This document shows positions 1 to 12,175 of a DNA stretch of 64,000 nucleotides, piece by piece. Position 1 is the first letter of the stretch. The number at the start of each line of letters is the position of its first letter. The translations under genes were made by a program, and so were the position numbers. The notes beneath the pieces were generated by a model. It had not been told where the DNA came from. It did no database searches and worked only from the letters and a program-made list of their open reading frames with translations. Source of the stretch: Mobula hypostoma (Eukaryota); NCBI RefSeq assembly GCF_963921235.1, contig NC_086107.1:93126001-93190000 (forward strand). The letters are read 5' to 3'.

Positions 1-174
1 AAGAAATAAAGAAGTTGCATTTGCATTGAGCCATACACATTCTTTACATACTGCAATCAATTTTACGGACAATAATGCACTTAAGGGGACCTAGCTTCTT
101 GCTTTATGGGAAGAAACATGTAAACCAGTTTGAACACTGCAGGACAGAGCATCTTCAAGACAGGGTTGAATCAC

Positions 175-598
175 AGTCTGGTATGGAAACACCAATGCAC
201 AAGAATGGAAACATCTACAGACAGTGGTGGACACAGCCCAGCCCGTCACAAGCAAAGCCTTCCCAACCACTGAGCACATTAACAAGGAGCACCTGCCACG
301 TAAAAGCAACATCCAATATCAAGGGCCCCCAGAATTCAGGTCATTCTCTCTTCTCACTACTACCATCAAGCAGGAGGTACAGGAGACTTGGGCCCCACAC
401 CAGCAAATTCAGGAACAGTTATTATCCTACAAACATCAGGCCATAAGTTCAGTCCCCTCAATGTTGAACTGACGCCACAACTTATAAACTTATTTTCAAG
501 GACTCTACAACTCATATTCCCATCATTATTTAAGTTTTTATTGTTTGCATGATTTGTCTTCTTTTGCATATTGGTTCTTCGTCAGTCTTTATTTAAAG
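175..598 (+). mobile_element. Rex1/Babar-type LINE 3' fragment; its 3' tail resumes at about 1256-1388
   Basis: Translates to GHSLFSLLPSSRRYRRL..TSKFRNSYYP, the Rex/Babar ORF C-terminal motif. The tail gaatctcaaggtagtatatgatgacatatacgtact recurs many times in the window. Confidence 0.75.
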
Positions 599-987
599 TT
601 CGTTTGTTCGTTATGTATCATGTCATATGACATGGGCAATCATTGTCTTTCCACGACCGTGATTATTTCTGGCAAATTTTTCTGCAGAAGTGGTCTGCTA
701 TTGCCTTCTTCTAGGCAGTGCAAGATGGTTGACACCAGCCATTATCAATACCCTTCAGAGATTGTCTGCCTGCGATCAGTGATCACATATTCGTGATGTG
801 TGCCAGCTGCTCATATGGCCATCCACCACCTGCGCCCCGTGGCTTCATGTGACTCCGATCGGTGGTGGGGGGGGGGTGGTGGCCCTAAGCAGGTGCTACA
901 CCTTGCCCGAAGGTGACCTGCAGACTAGTAGAGAGGAGGAGCACCTTACATCTCCTTTGGTAGAGATATATCTCCACGCCACCACCC
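599..987 (-). mobile_element. Short non-autonomous RTE-derived element
   Basis: Minus strand carries the RTE/BovB-like motif gaagaaggcaatagcagaccacttctg and ends in an ACGA-like repeat tail. It interrupts the Rex element. Confidence 0.55.
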
Positions 988-1006
988 CTTGTTTATAGTA
1001 ATGTAC

Positions 1007-1252
1007 CACATGCTGGAGGAACTCAACAGGTCAGGCCGTACCTATGGAAAGGAATAAAGAGCCAATGTTTCTGGCCGACATTCTTCAAGTGAGCTGGAAG
1101 TGAAGGGGGACAGGCCTAGTCCTGATGAAGTTCCTCAGATTGAAAAAATCGACTCTTTATTCCTCCCTATAAATTCTGGCCTGACCTGCTGTGATTCCTC
1201 CAGCATTTTCTGTGTACTCTGGATTTCCAGCATCTGCAGAATCTCTTGAGTT
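1007..1252. mobile_element. Penelope-terminus-derived inverted repeat with a decayed hammerhead motif
   Basis: 1007-1071 is an imperfect reverse complement of 1142-1214. agtc-CTGATGA...GAAA..tc-gact lies at 1118-1154. The same sequence terminates the PLEs at 42800 and 49605. Confidence 0.7.
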
Positions 1253-1989
1253 TTATCTTTGTTTATATATATTTATGTTTCATAAATTCTATTACATTAC
1301 TTTATTTTCCTGTAAATGCCTGCAAGACTATGAATCTCAAGGTAGTATATGATGACATATACGTACTCTGATAGTACACTGACTTTGAGAAATTAGTGCT
1401 GGTCAAGGTCCTTTTACTTGTTCTTTGAATAGGGCCATGGAATCTCTTATTCTCAACAAAAGCAATGATGAGAGAAGCATGCTCATATTACAATTGACGG
1501 AGTCTCGTTGCTATTTAATAAGGGACCACCATTTTTGGAGGAGTTTATTCCTTCCTGCACCCACTGCACATCCTTTGCAGAGGGTGAGGAGCCTCAAAGT
1601 AAGATCTTTAACTGGCAGGTACCTTGTTGCCTCCTTCTTTCCCTCAGGTCGCAGGAGGGGCAATAGGATTCTGATTCACCTTCGGCACAGAGCTCCAATA
1701 CCATCCCATTTTTCATCAGCTACCCCTGGGTTGGGTTCAGGTCTGGAAGTGGCCTGTCCTGGGATTAGAGGAGTGTCTGTCTGCCTGCGAGGGTGGGTGG
1801 GAGCGAGGCAAAGAAAAGGCTTTTTTGCTGTTGTTCTGTTCTTATTGGTGCTTGTGTTGTCCTGCTGAACATGGTAGCCATGTTATATTGGCAGCCGAAT
1901 TTGTGATGACACTTATGGTCTGCCCCCAGTGCAAGCTGGTATGTTGGTTGAGACACATGAATGTTTCGATGTATGTGTGATAAATAAAT

Positions 1990-2230
1990 GGATCTGAATC
2001 TGGATTGTATTCTGAAACTGAATCTGGATCAGGATCTGAATCAACACCTAAATCTGGATTGAATCTAAAGCTGAAAATGAATCTGGATCTGAATCTGAAT
2101 CTGGATCTGAATATGGATCTGGATTTGAATCTGGATCTGGATCTGAATCTGAATCTGGATTGAATCTGAATCTGAATCTGGATCTGGGTCTGAATCTGAA
2201 AATGAATCTGAATCTGGACCTGGATCTGAA
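1990..2230 (+). repeat. (ATCTGA/ATCTGG)n hexamer minisatellite at a SINE tail
   Basis: Direct tandem hexamers immediately after the SINE-type tail gatgtatgtgtgataaataaat. Confidence 0.95.
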
Positions 2231-2879
2231 ACTTATACATAAATATAAAAAAGGACCTTTGGAACACGATGTACATGTCAACCATCCAGGATTTAATGAG
2301 GGGGCTCAGACCAAAACATCGACTGTTTGTTCCTCTCCTGAAATGCTGAGTTTCTCCAACGTTTTGTGTGTGTTGCTCTGAAACTATTTTGATCCTAATC
2401 TACAGGTGCTGATACAAAATACCTGCCAATACCCCCTCTGTAAGAATCATTCCCAAATTGTCACTTTTTCCTGTGATTTTTATGTAGGTGCTGAACTCCC
2501 ATGGACTTGAACAGGTACGGAGATCACACCATGGAACAATAGCATCATATTATCAAATTGGCATACTCCTAGATGCACAAAAACACCCAAGGGGTAAGTT
2601 GATATAGGTTTCTGCATAGAATAAAATGATCTAGAAATGACAAAAATGCTAGAATCTAATCAGGAAGCTTACTGATGCTGCATTGAGCATAGTTCTGGTC
2701 TCATTTGGAGTACAGTGTACATTGTATACTCCAGTTACACATTGCAAGAAGGATGTGGTAGCCACAGTGAGAGGGCAGGAGAGGTTCACCAGGATGCTGC
2801 CTGGGGTGAACAGCTGAAGTTAGAAGGAGAAATTCCATGAGTTGGGTTTATACTCACCAGAATGTAGGAGGTGGAGAGG

Positions 2880-3195
2880 GGCATAGGGGTAGCCTAGTGA
2901 TTAGTGCAATGATATTGCAGTGCTAACAATTTGTGTTTAATGCCACCACTGTCTGTAAGGAGTTTGTATGTTCTCTCTGTGACCATGTGGATTTCCTCCA
3001 AGTGCTCCGGTTTCCTCCCACATTCCACAGTAAGTTATGGGCATGTTATGTTGGTGCCAGAAGCATGGTGACACTTGCTGACTGCCCCCAGCACATCCTC
3101 CGGCTGTTTTGGTCACTGATGCAAACAACTGTATGTTTTGATAGTCACTGTACGTTTTGGTGTTTCGACATATATGTGAAAAATACAGCTAATAT
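2880..3195 (+). mobile_element. V-SINE (HE1-like core), tail type 2
   Basis: tRNA-like head followed by the V core gtctgtaaggagtttgtatgttctc...tttcctccaagtgctccggtttcctcccaca. Inserted in CR1 debris. Confidence 0.75.
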
Positions 3196-3980
3196 TTAAG
3201 ATGGTCAGGGTCTTGTTCCAGAGTAGCGAGTCCATAACTAGAGGGCACAAGGAGGAGAAACTTAAAGATCTGCGGGGTATACTTTTCACAGGGAGGACGG
3301 TGGTAATCTGGAGCAAGCTGCTAGAGGGAAAAGAAAGTCAAATTAAAGTCAATGTCGAGTTCATTGTCATACGTACAAGAACATGTAAAAACCTCCTTGC
3401 CATAGTGTCACAGGCATAGAACAATCAAAACATAAATTAAACAAATCACTCACAATTTTTTACAAGAAAGGACACAATTAGAGCAAATCTATTATAGTGC
3501 TAACTGGTCATAGTGTTGCTATACTGAGGTATTAGGGTTGCACTGAAGCTGGACAGCAGGTACAATTGCAAAGTTTAAAAGGCACTTGGACAGGTACATG
3601 AATGAGTACGTCTCAAAGGCATACAGATTCAGATTCACATTTAGGTTTAGATCTATTTATCACATCAACATCAAAACTTGCAGTGAAATGCACCGTTTGC
3701 ACTCACAACCTACACGACCTAAGTATGTACTGAGGGGGTGGAGGGTGGTGTGGAAACACACTGCTAGTGTCATCGCACACTTTGACACCAACATAGCATG
3801 GCCACGGTGCTCTGCATAGCAACGCAAGCAGCAAGAAAACTAAAAAACAACAATGACAGCAAAACAAGCCCCTCTCCCATTCCCAGTCCCCCCCCCCACA
3901 CACACACGGGACAGATGGACTCCCAATTCCTACCTTCATGATTTGGAGTCAGATTCTGATTAATTTATTTATTTCATGTA

Positions 3981-4587
3981 CAGTACTGTGCAAAAGTCTG
4001 AGGCATGCTAGATTTGTTTTGTTTCGGTGAACACCTACACTCTGTCCGCCAGAGAAAGCAGGATCTCCCAGTGGCCACACATTTTAATTCCACGTCCCAT
4101 TCCCATTCTGATATGTCGCAGACTGGGAGACCGTTTTGCTGAACACCTACGCTCTGTCTGCCAGAGAAAGCAGGATCTCCCAGTGGCCACACATTTTAAT
4201 TCCACGTCCCATTCCCATTCTGATATGTCCCACCACTCTACTGGATTTTTTTTGTATGTTGGCCTCCAGAGAGCCCTGATCTCAACATCATGGAGGCAGT
4301 CTGGGATTACCTGGAGCCAAAGTCTGCAGAGGAATTGTGGACAGTTCTCCAAGATGCTTGGAACCACAGTTGTAAAACTGTACAACTGTGTACCTGAGAG
4401 GATTGACGCAGTTTTAAAGGCAAAAAGTGGTTGCATAAAATATTAATTTGATTTAGCTTTTTTTGACTGTATACTGCCCTTTTATAGTTTTTTTTTAATA
4501 CTTAGAAACTTTTCATTTCATTACCTTGAAAGCATCTTCATTTTACAGAATATTTTTACACTTGTCTTGGACATTTGCACAGTACTC
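3981..4587 (+). mobile_element. Internally deleted Tc1/mariner transposon
   Basis: TIRs CAGTACTGTGCAAAAGTC (3981) and GACATTTGCACAGTACTC (4570-4587) with TA on both sides. Transposase C-terminal remnant WPPESPDLNIMEAVWDYL...RIDAVLKAKSGCIKY at about 4260-4446. Confidence 0.9.
4021..4229 (+). mobile_element. Tandemly duplicated Penelope GIY-YIG fragment inside the Tc1 element
   Basis: About 90-bp near-identical repeats at 4028-4117 and 4140-4229. Translates RRLGDRFAEHLRSV..DLPVATHFNS. Confidence 0.85.
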
Positions 4588-4724
4588 TACACCAAAAACA
4601 TACAGTGACACGTGTCATCTGTGTTAACAACCAAAATCACCAAGGAGGTGCTGGGGGCAGCCTTTAAGTGTCACCACACATTCCAACACCAACATAGAAT
4701 GCCCACATTGTTCAGCAGAACACC

Positions 4725-4990
4725 ATAAGACATAGGGGTAGAATTAGGCCATTTGGCCCATCGAATCTGCTCCACCATTTAATCATGATTGGTCCTTTTC
4801 CTTCCTCCGCAGCCACACTGCTCAGCCTTCTCCCCGTAACTTTTGTTGCCGTGTCCAATCAAGAACATATCAAGCTCTGCCTTAAATACACCCAACGACC
4901 TGGCCTCCACAAGTTCACCAAAGAAATTTCTCCACATCTCAGTTTTAAATGGATGCCCCTCTATCCTGAGGCTGTGCCCTCTTGTCCTGC
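4725..4990 (-). mobile_element. CR1 LINE 3' fragment
   Basis: RTRGHSLRIEGHPFKTEM..NFF motif plus CR1 3'UTR hairpin and tail. Confidence 0.8.
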
Positions 4991-5714
4991 ACAGAACAAC
5001 AAGTGACAAAACAATAACAGCTAAAGAAACCCCATTGAGCCAGATACATGAGCGACATTTAAGCAGTTCTCAGATAGGCACATGGATGATAGAAAAATGG
5101 AGGGCTATTTAGAGGGCAGGATTAGATTGACCTTAGAGTTGTTTAAAAGGTTAGCCCAACATCATGGGCTGAAGGGCCTGTACTGTTCTGTTTTTTGTTT
5201 GGTCATCTAATTAGCAATGTAAAAATTCACCATGATATCCAAACCCCATTCATTCGTGGCTCAGAATGCTCCTGTCTTTTTACATCTTTTTACCTTGCCA
5301 GTTGCTTTAGAACATAGCACAGCACGGCACAGTACAAGCCTTTCAGCCCACAATGTTGTGCCATCCCATATACACATAGTCCACGAACGATTCATCACTT
5401 CCCATAAAACTCCATTTTTCTTACATCTATGTGCCTATCTGTGAGTCTTTTAAATGTTTCGATTATATTAGTCCCTGTGCTGTGTGGTAATGTAGTTGTT
5501 AACACAACGTTTTACAGTACTAGCAACCTGGGTTTAACTCCCGCTGCTGTCAGTAAGCAGTTTGTTTGTTCTCCCTGTGACTGCGTGGGTTTCCTCTGGG
5601 TGATGCGGTTTCCTCCCACTCATCATGGAGAAGTGGTTAGGGGAGGTATCACAGTACCATTTAAAAAACTTTTGGATAGGTACATGGAGGGGCAGGACTC
5701 AGAGGGACATAAAA

Positions 5715-6028
5715 TAAGGTTAGCTTTATTTGTCACATGTACATTGAAAAATACAGTGAAATTCAACATTTTTATCCAATCAAATTAAAGGGGTGAGGAT
5801 TGTGCTGGGCAACCCGCAAGATTCGCCATGGCAACATAGTATACCTGCAACTCACGAACCCTACCCCTTACGTCTCTGGAATGTGAGAATAAACTAGATC
5901 ACACACAGGAAACCCATGCAGTCACGGGGAGAACGTACAAACTCCTTACAGACAGAGGAGGGAATTGAGTCCCAGTCTTACAACAGTCACCATAAAACAT
6001 TGCACTAACCGCCATGCTATCGTGCCAC
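5715..6028 (-). mobile_element. V-SINE, tail type 2
   Basis: ggaaacccatgcagtcacggggagaacgtacaaactccttacagac (reversed V core), reversed tRNA head, and tail tttatttgtcacatgtacattgaaa. Confidence 0.75.
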
Positions 6029-6156
6029 GTGGGATGCAGGAGATTGGTTCCAGATGGGCGGGTAACATGGTGACCACAGACTGGTTGGGCCAGAGGGCCT
6101 AGATTTGTGCTATTTGCTCCCTGACTTGATAGGAGATGAGAACTACTTGCCTTTGT

Positions 6157-6250
6157 AACTGATGAAGGCTCTCAGCCAAAACACCAGCTGTTTATTCCCT
6201 CCATTATTGCTGACTGACCTGCTGAGTTCGGTTAGCATTTTGTGTGTCTG
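6157..6250 (+). mobile_element. Penelope terminal-repeat fragment with a mutated hammerhead core
   Basis: CTGATGA (6159) a-ggct-ctc-agcc AAAAC, followed by the family sequence ctgacctgctgagttc..agcattttgtgtgt. Confidence 0.7.
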
Positions 6251-6862
6251 CTTGTGTAACTACATACACCTAACATTGTTTAGATCCTCAACGCACTAGT
6301 CAATAGTCGGATATCTGAACAAATATTTATTTTTGAGTTAAGGTCAGTGAAGCACTAAAACAAAGATCACTCAATGATTTGCAATTACTAATTTGGTTTT
6401 AAAAAAAACTGAAAGGTTATTTCATCTTTCTTTCCCTATTTTGCATAACAATATATCATTACCATTTGCGTAAGCGTGGGGCAGCTTTATCAATCGCTTT
6501 GTAATCTGAAAGTCTCTGTGGAGACACCTTTCTCCTCCTGAGTTTGAGATTTAACATAAATTGGGTTCCTAATACCTAGAACATAGAGGAAGTTTACTAG
6601 GTATCCCTCTTGTGATAAGGTGACACAGCAATCTATCCTACCCTGTTCCTGATATTGTGTGTGTACTTAAGTCAAGTTACATCTGTCCTCTCAGGTGGAT
6701 GGTTTGTCCAGGTTCTCTGAATGAATGGTTTAAGAACTGCTACCCAGCTGTCTAGCCAATATTTATCTTCCAACCAACAGTTAAAACGTCATTAATGCAG
6801 ATGGTGGGAGCTAGCCTGAGCATGAACACTATTGCATTATAGGTTATGTTACAGCTATATGA

Positions 6863-7128
6863 CCCAGCTGGTGGCGTAGTGGCATCAGCATCGGACTTCG
6901 GGATGAAAGGTCCAGGGTTCGAATCCAGCCAGCTGGCTCCCCTGCACGCTTTCCACCCGTGCTGGGTTACGAGCTGGTGATCTCTTTGGAAACTCCCCCG
7001 GCAGAAGGCAATGGCAAACCACTGCCGTAACTTGCCTCGTACGCGGTTCCCCACTACGTCAAAGAGGCGTGGAGGGAAATTGTCCACTAACCGGAGAAAC
7101 CCTGGATGCGATGTACTTTTCCTTTTTC
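6863..7128 (+). mobile_element. Young tRNA-derived SINE with an RTE-type body
   Basis: A box TGGCGTAGTGG, B box GGTTCGAATCC, RTE/BovB-like agaaggcaatggcaaaccactg, and many CpGs retained. Confidence 0.75.
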
Positions 7129-7134
7129 CTACTG

Positions 7135-7670
7135 CTATGTAAGACCTTAGTCAGACCCCACTCGGAGTACTGGTCACCTCATTACAGGAAAGATGTGGAT
7201 GTTCAGAGAAGATTTACAAGGATGTTGCCTGGATTGGAGAGCATACCTTATGAGAACAGGTTGAGTGAACTTGGCCTTTTTTCCTTGGAGCTACGGAGGA
7301 TGAAAGGTGACTTGATAGAGGTGTATAAGATGATGAGAGGGTTTGATTGTGTGGATAGTCAGAGGCTTTTTCCCAGGGCTGAAATAGGAGGCATAGTTTT
7401 AAGGTGCTTGGAAGTAGGTACAAGGGGGACATCAGAAGTAAGTTTTTCACACAGAGGGTAGGGGTGCATGGAATGCACCGCAAACGAAGGTGGTAGATGT
7501 GGATTCAGTAGGGTCTTTTAAGAGACTCTTAGATAGGTACATGGAGCTTAGGAAAATAGTGGGCTATGTGGTAGAGAAATTCTAGGTAGCATTTAGATTA
7601 GGTTACATGGTCAGCACAACACTATGGGCCGAAGGTTCTGTAATGCACTGTAGATTTTCTATGTTTCTAT
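7135..7670 (+). mobile_element. CR1 LINE 3' end
   Basis: KTLVRPHSEY..VQRRFTRMLPGLE..GDLIEVYK and a (TTCTATG)-like tail. Confidence 0.9.
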
Positions 7671-7774
7671 GTATTTACCCCACTGCAACAACTGCCCATA
7701 CAAAAAGCCATGCAGGTTGGAAACAGGCCCTTTGGCAAATGCTGTAAAAAGAACAAAATTGGCTGTGAAGTGTC

Positions 7775-8358
7775 TAGGTGACAAATCTTGAGACCTTCCC
7801 TTGGCTGGGGTTGACCATGGGCGTAGTGTCCCAGCTGTCTATGTGATACCCAAGCCAGCACGCAAACCAAGACAGTCTGATATGGAGAGCAAGCTGGTAT
7901 CCATGGAGCAGGCTCCCCCTCTCCACGCTGCTGATAAATGAAAAGAAACAGCACAGACTGATACAGTTTGGCACCAGAAATGTCACCGGAGTTGTCAATC
8001 CATATTGAACTCAAACTATGACCACCTTAGGGACACCAGCCCTGGTTTTGTCCTCAGAGTTTATTCCTAAATCCTTCCCCATGAGTGGGTACAGCCGCAA
8101 GGCAGTCAAGGTTTGAGATCAGAGTTTTCCTCCTCCTAGCTGAGCTGCCAGCCATGGCTGATGAACTCCATCTGCCCAAAACAATTGGTTCTAAGGTGCT
8201 TTTGTCCCTTCTTTTGGTTCTGTCAGGTTTAGTAGCCACACCTGCAGGCCAGGAGCTGGACTGGGTTGTCAGAGGTTAGTTGAGACTCACGCCATTGGGA
8301 GCATATAATAGGTATCTTATCCCCACTACCACCCCCAGCACTAACAACCCTAAGGAAC
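7775..8358 (-). mobile_element. Non-autonomous RTE-derived element (5'UTR-like)
   Basis: Minus strand reads gggcagatggagttcatcagccatggctggcagctcagctaggaggaggaaaactctgatctcaaacc, an RTE 5'UTR-type motif. No intact ORF. Confidence 0.55.
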
Positions 8359-8404
8359 GAGGTGACAAATAGTGCCATATAAATGCAAGCCCTTGGTGGG
8401 GCAA

Positions 8405-8680
8405 ACAGCAGAGGAGATGGAATTGCAGGGGATGAGGGACAGGGGCAGAGAGAGTGAAATTAGCAATGCGACTAAAGGGAGAAATAAGAAAGAAAAGAGA
8501 AAAAAAATCACAGAGAGATAGAAAAGAGATGCAGAGGGAAGAGAGTGAGAGAGACAGAGAGGCTGATAAATAGAGGGACAGATAGAATGAAAAAAGAGAG
8601 AGAAGGATAGAGACAAAGAGGGATAGTGAAAGATAGAGAGGGAGAGAGAGTGGGATGTTTTGAGGAAGAGCAAATTGAGA
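8405..8680. repeat. GA-rich polypurine low-complexity tract
   Basis: Almost exclusively G/A on the + strand. Similar tracts occur at 9325-9485, 14030-14245 and 14490-14660. Confidence 0.9.
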
Positions 8681-8924
8681 GGTTATGTGACAGGTCTTTT
8701 GACCCGCAGTGACAGTGCCAAGCATCAAGTTCCTCTTCACACTAAAATTTTGAATTATTTTCCCATTTTTTCATCCTCATCCGGATTCTTCCATTCACCT
8801 GCACATTGGGGGCAGTTTACAGTCGCCAGTGAACCTACCGACCATCTCATCTCTGGAGCTCCCAGTGGCAACTCAAACTCTCCTAGGGAGAATGTGCAAC
8901 TTCTGTGATTGGCAACACCGGAGG

Positions 8925-9280
8925 TCAAAAGATCAAAAGTAAATTTATTATCAAAAAACATATATGCCACCATTCACTATCCTGAAATTCATTCTGCAGA
9001 CCTTTACAGAAAAATAAAGAAATACAACATAACTTATGAAAAATTATACAGAACAAAGACTGTCAAATATCCAACATGCAAAAGAGGACAATCATGCAAA
9101 TAAAAAAAGAGAAGAAAATAAATAATACTGTGAACATGAATTGTAGAGTCTTTGAACGTGAGTCTGTAGGATATGGAATCAGATCAGAGTAGTGGTGAGT
9201 GAAGTTATTCGCACTGTTCCTGAACCTGGTAGTGTGGGATCTAAGCGAGAAGAGAGCATGGCCTGGATGGAGGGGGTCAG
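8925..9280 (-). mobile_element. Rex1/Babar LINE 3'UTR fragment
   Basis: Reversed tail caaaagtaaatttattatcaaa and gttcctgaacctggtagtgtgg, as in the other Rex copies. Confidence 0.7.
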
Positions 9281-9579
9281 GTTACCAGAGATGTAAGGTG
9301 TCAACTTGACTAACAGCACCAACAGAAGAAGTCAAAGTGGGGAAAAAAGAAAGAGAGCCAAGAAAAGGAAATGGGAAATAAAGAGAGGGATGAGAGACAC
9401 TGAGGAGAGAAAGGGGTGATTAATGTAAAGATGAAAGAGACTAAGTGAGAAGGGAGCGAGCGTAGTGAGGAGAGGACAGAGAACTTAATATCATAAGTAT
9501 TTAGATCCTGGTGGTCAGACCACCCTTGACAAAGCAAAAAGAAGGATTTATTACAGGTAAATAATTTAATGGGGTATAT

Positions 9580-10152
9580 TTCATTGACTATAGTCTACCA
9601 TCACTGCAGGACTTGTATGTGTCCATGCAAAGAAGCAGGCAGGGAAAAAAGTCGTTGCAGATTCTACCCATCCTGCAAACTGCCTTTTCCAGAAGCTCTA
9701 TAGGACCTACTAAAACAAAACCTTCACACCGTTTTAAAAGTTTCTTCCCCCAGGCAGCTGAATTGATTAACCATTCTAGTTAACCCCGACACCCCTCTGC
9801 CTATTATCCCCATCACTGCCCTGCATTGTAAACACTTTAATCTATTTTTATAAAGCCTTTGCAAATACATGCTGGTATTTTGCTTTACTTTATTGTGTCA
9901 CCAAACAATTGGTACTAGAGCGTACAATCATCATAGCGATATTTGATTTTGTGCTTCATGCTCCCATAAATATTTAGGTATTTATACATATTTAATTCCA
10001 TACCTGTACTTTAATCTCTAACTTTATTTTTATATAATTATAATCGTTAAATGTGGTTGTTGTTGCATGTCCCGCCTTCACCAACACACCAGAGCAAATT
10101 CCTAATACATATAAATGTATAGGGGGAATAAAGTTGATCTTTGATCCTTGAT
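9580..10152 (+). mobile_element. Rex1/Babar-like LINE 3' end (second family)
   Basis: Decayed ..STHPANCLFQKL..KSFFPQA frame and an aataaagttgatc(cttgat)n tail. Confidence 0.55.
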
Positions 10153-10667
10153 CCTGAATCATCTTTACAAATCACAGTGTGGGGGAGGTTAGGGATGAAA
10201 ATATCTTCTCTGCCAGGTTAAGTCTAAATAGCTTCATCGATTGGGTGACACCTCTAATCACCCAAGGTATGACACATTCGTGAGCCCCAATCTCTCATCA
10301 GAGATCTGAGTTAGAACACGTCCTTACATAGAACAGGCTCTTTGAGCCATTTTGTCTGTATCAACCACTGGTACAAGCTTAAACTAAGTCTCATTTGCCT
10401 GTACATTATCCACGTCCCTCTAGTTCCTGCATGCTTACGTGTTTTTCTAACTGCCTCTTAAATAACCTCTTATTGTCTCTGTTTCCACGACCAATCCTGG
10501 TGGCTTGTTCCAGGAATCTACCATTCTTTATGTAAAAAAAAACTTGCCCTGGTCATCTCCCTTAAACTTCAAAGTTCTGACTCCAGTGTTGCTTGTTTTT
10601 AAACCCCACCCTCCCTCCAAAATATCAGCTGTGTGGTAATGATCAACAGTAAGCCTCTGATAATCAG

Positions 10668-10978
10668 CATCAGATTCAGATTTATTTATCACATGTACGT
10701 TGAAACGTACAGTGAAATGCAGCATTTGCATTAACAACCAGCATAAGCAAAGGATGTGCTGCGGGCAGCCCATAAGTTCTGCCATGCTTCTGTAACAACG
10801 TTGCATGCCCACAACTCACTAACCCTCACGTCCATCTCTAACATGGGAGGAAACCAGAGTACCCAGAGGAAACCTGCGTTGTCACAGGGAGAATGCACAT
10901 GTTACTCACAGATAGTTGCAGGAATTGAACTCTGATCACTAGCTCTGTAAAGTGTTATGCTAAATGCTAACTGCTACT
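10668..10978 (-). mobile_element. V-SINE, tail type 2
   Basis: cagattcagatttatttatcacatgtac tail, reversed V core and reversed tRNA head. Confidence 0.75.
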
Positions 10979-10989
10979 ATATAGTGTGC

Positions 10990-11070
10990 TCAAGTGTGTG
11001 TGTGTGTGTGTGTGTGTGTTCACGTGTGTATATGTATGTTTGTGTGTATGTATATGTGGGTTGCATGTAC
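10990..11070. repeat. (TG)n microsatellite; degenerate (CA)n at 11505-11700 and (TG/TA)n at 13190-13345
   Basis: Direct dinucleotide repeats. Confidence 0.95.
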
Positions 11071-12034
11071 ATGGAAATATTGAAAGGGAAGATATTATTG
11101 AGAGGAGTTAAGGTTGAATCAAGCTGCAGAGATGGAACAAACAATGCAGAACATCACAGGCAGTGCACTATCAAGACAGAAAGCCTAAGAGTCCAATGCA
11201 GAAACCTCCGATCATGTTAAGAGTAGCAGACACTTGTAAGGAGCTGAAAAGAGAAAAAAAAAACAGGTGTATCCCTGATGATGATGATGGGATTGAATGC
11301 CAGGGGGATGCCTGGCATTGTCAGGAAGGTCCACTTGCAATGTGGAGCAGGGCCCATGGGGAGATGTGCGAGAAAGACGAAATGGGGCAACCTATAGTGA
11401 AACCTTACCTTCTGTTTGACTGGCAAACATTGAATACGTGAAACTACAAAATGGATCATTCTGCACAACGTTAACAGAGTCCATGTGGAAGGAGAATGCT
11501 GACATACACACAAGTGCATGTACACACCCCTGCACACACATGCACGAGTGTGTGCACACACACACACACACATATACATCATACATAAACACACACACAA
11601 ATGCACGTGTACACAGCTATGTGCATTGATGCACACATACATTAACGCAAATAGACATGGGATACATAACACCCACACAAACATGCACACAACTCGCATC
11701 GCACAGGCTCATGTAAACGCATACTCAGTCAAAGACACATAGAAGTCATTTTTCAGTCCACTCACAATCTCAAAAAAATATTGAGCAGTCAGTCATTTAT
11801 CATCCAGGTTTGAAGAAAGTACATCAAATAACAAAATTCACTATCCAATTGAGTGTTTATTCATTAGCTTTTACTTAAAGCCACAATAGTGAGAAGATGC
11901 GACATCAGTCGAGGAGCAGCAAGGATGATGAAAGAATGAATGCATTACGAAAATAAATTCATACAATGGCCTTAATGCATTGTGTGAAATGATAACGCAA
12001 ATATTTATCATGTGCATTTTGGAAAAAGGGATGT

Positions 12035-12175
12035 AAAGAATTTATATAGCATCTTTCACAATCACAAGGGCATTCCAATGTGTTTTGCTGTTTGTGAGAC
12101 TTTATCCTGAAATATCGTCGCTGTTGTAATGAGGAAATGGTGGTGCTGATTTATACACAGCTAGCTTCCACAGAG
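12035..12175 (-). mobile_element. Old Deu-SINE relic
   Basis: atttatatagcatctttcaca...gctgttgtaatgaggaaatgg..acacagctagcttccaca resembles the reversed Deu domain, from recall. Confidence 0.5.

Noticed and set aside
1990..2230. CRISPR-like array
   Set aside because: Contiguous hexamers with no spacers, no cas genes, and eukaryotic context.
1842..2381. ORFs resembling SR proteins or SD-repeat adhesins (RSRFRFRSR, DSDPD)
   Set aside because: They are translations of the ATCTGA/ATCTGG minisatellite in several frames.
6863..6930. tRNA gene
   Set aside because: A and B boxes are present but there is no convincing cloverleaf, and it runs directly into a SINE body. The same applies to 30210 and 57727.
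8276..8740. Hydrophobic Leu/Ser/Phe ORFs resembling membrane proteins (also 13998-14274)
   Set aside because: Products of GA/TC low-complexity tracts.
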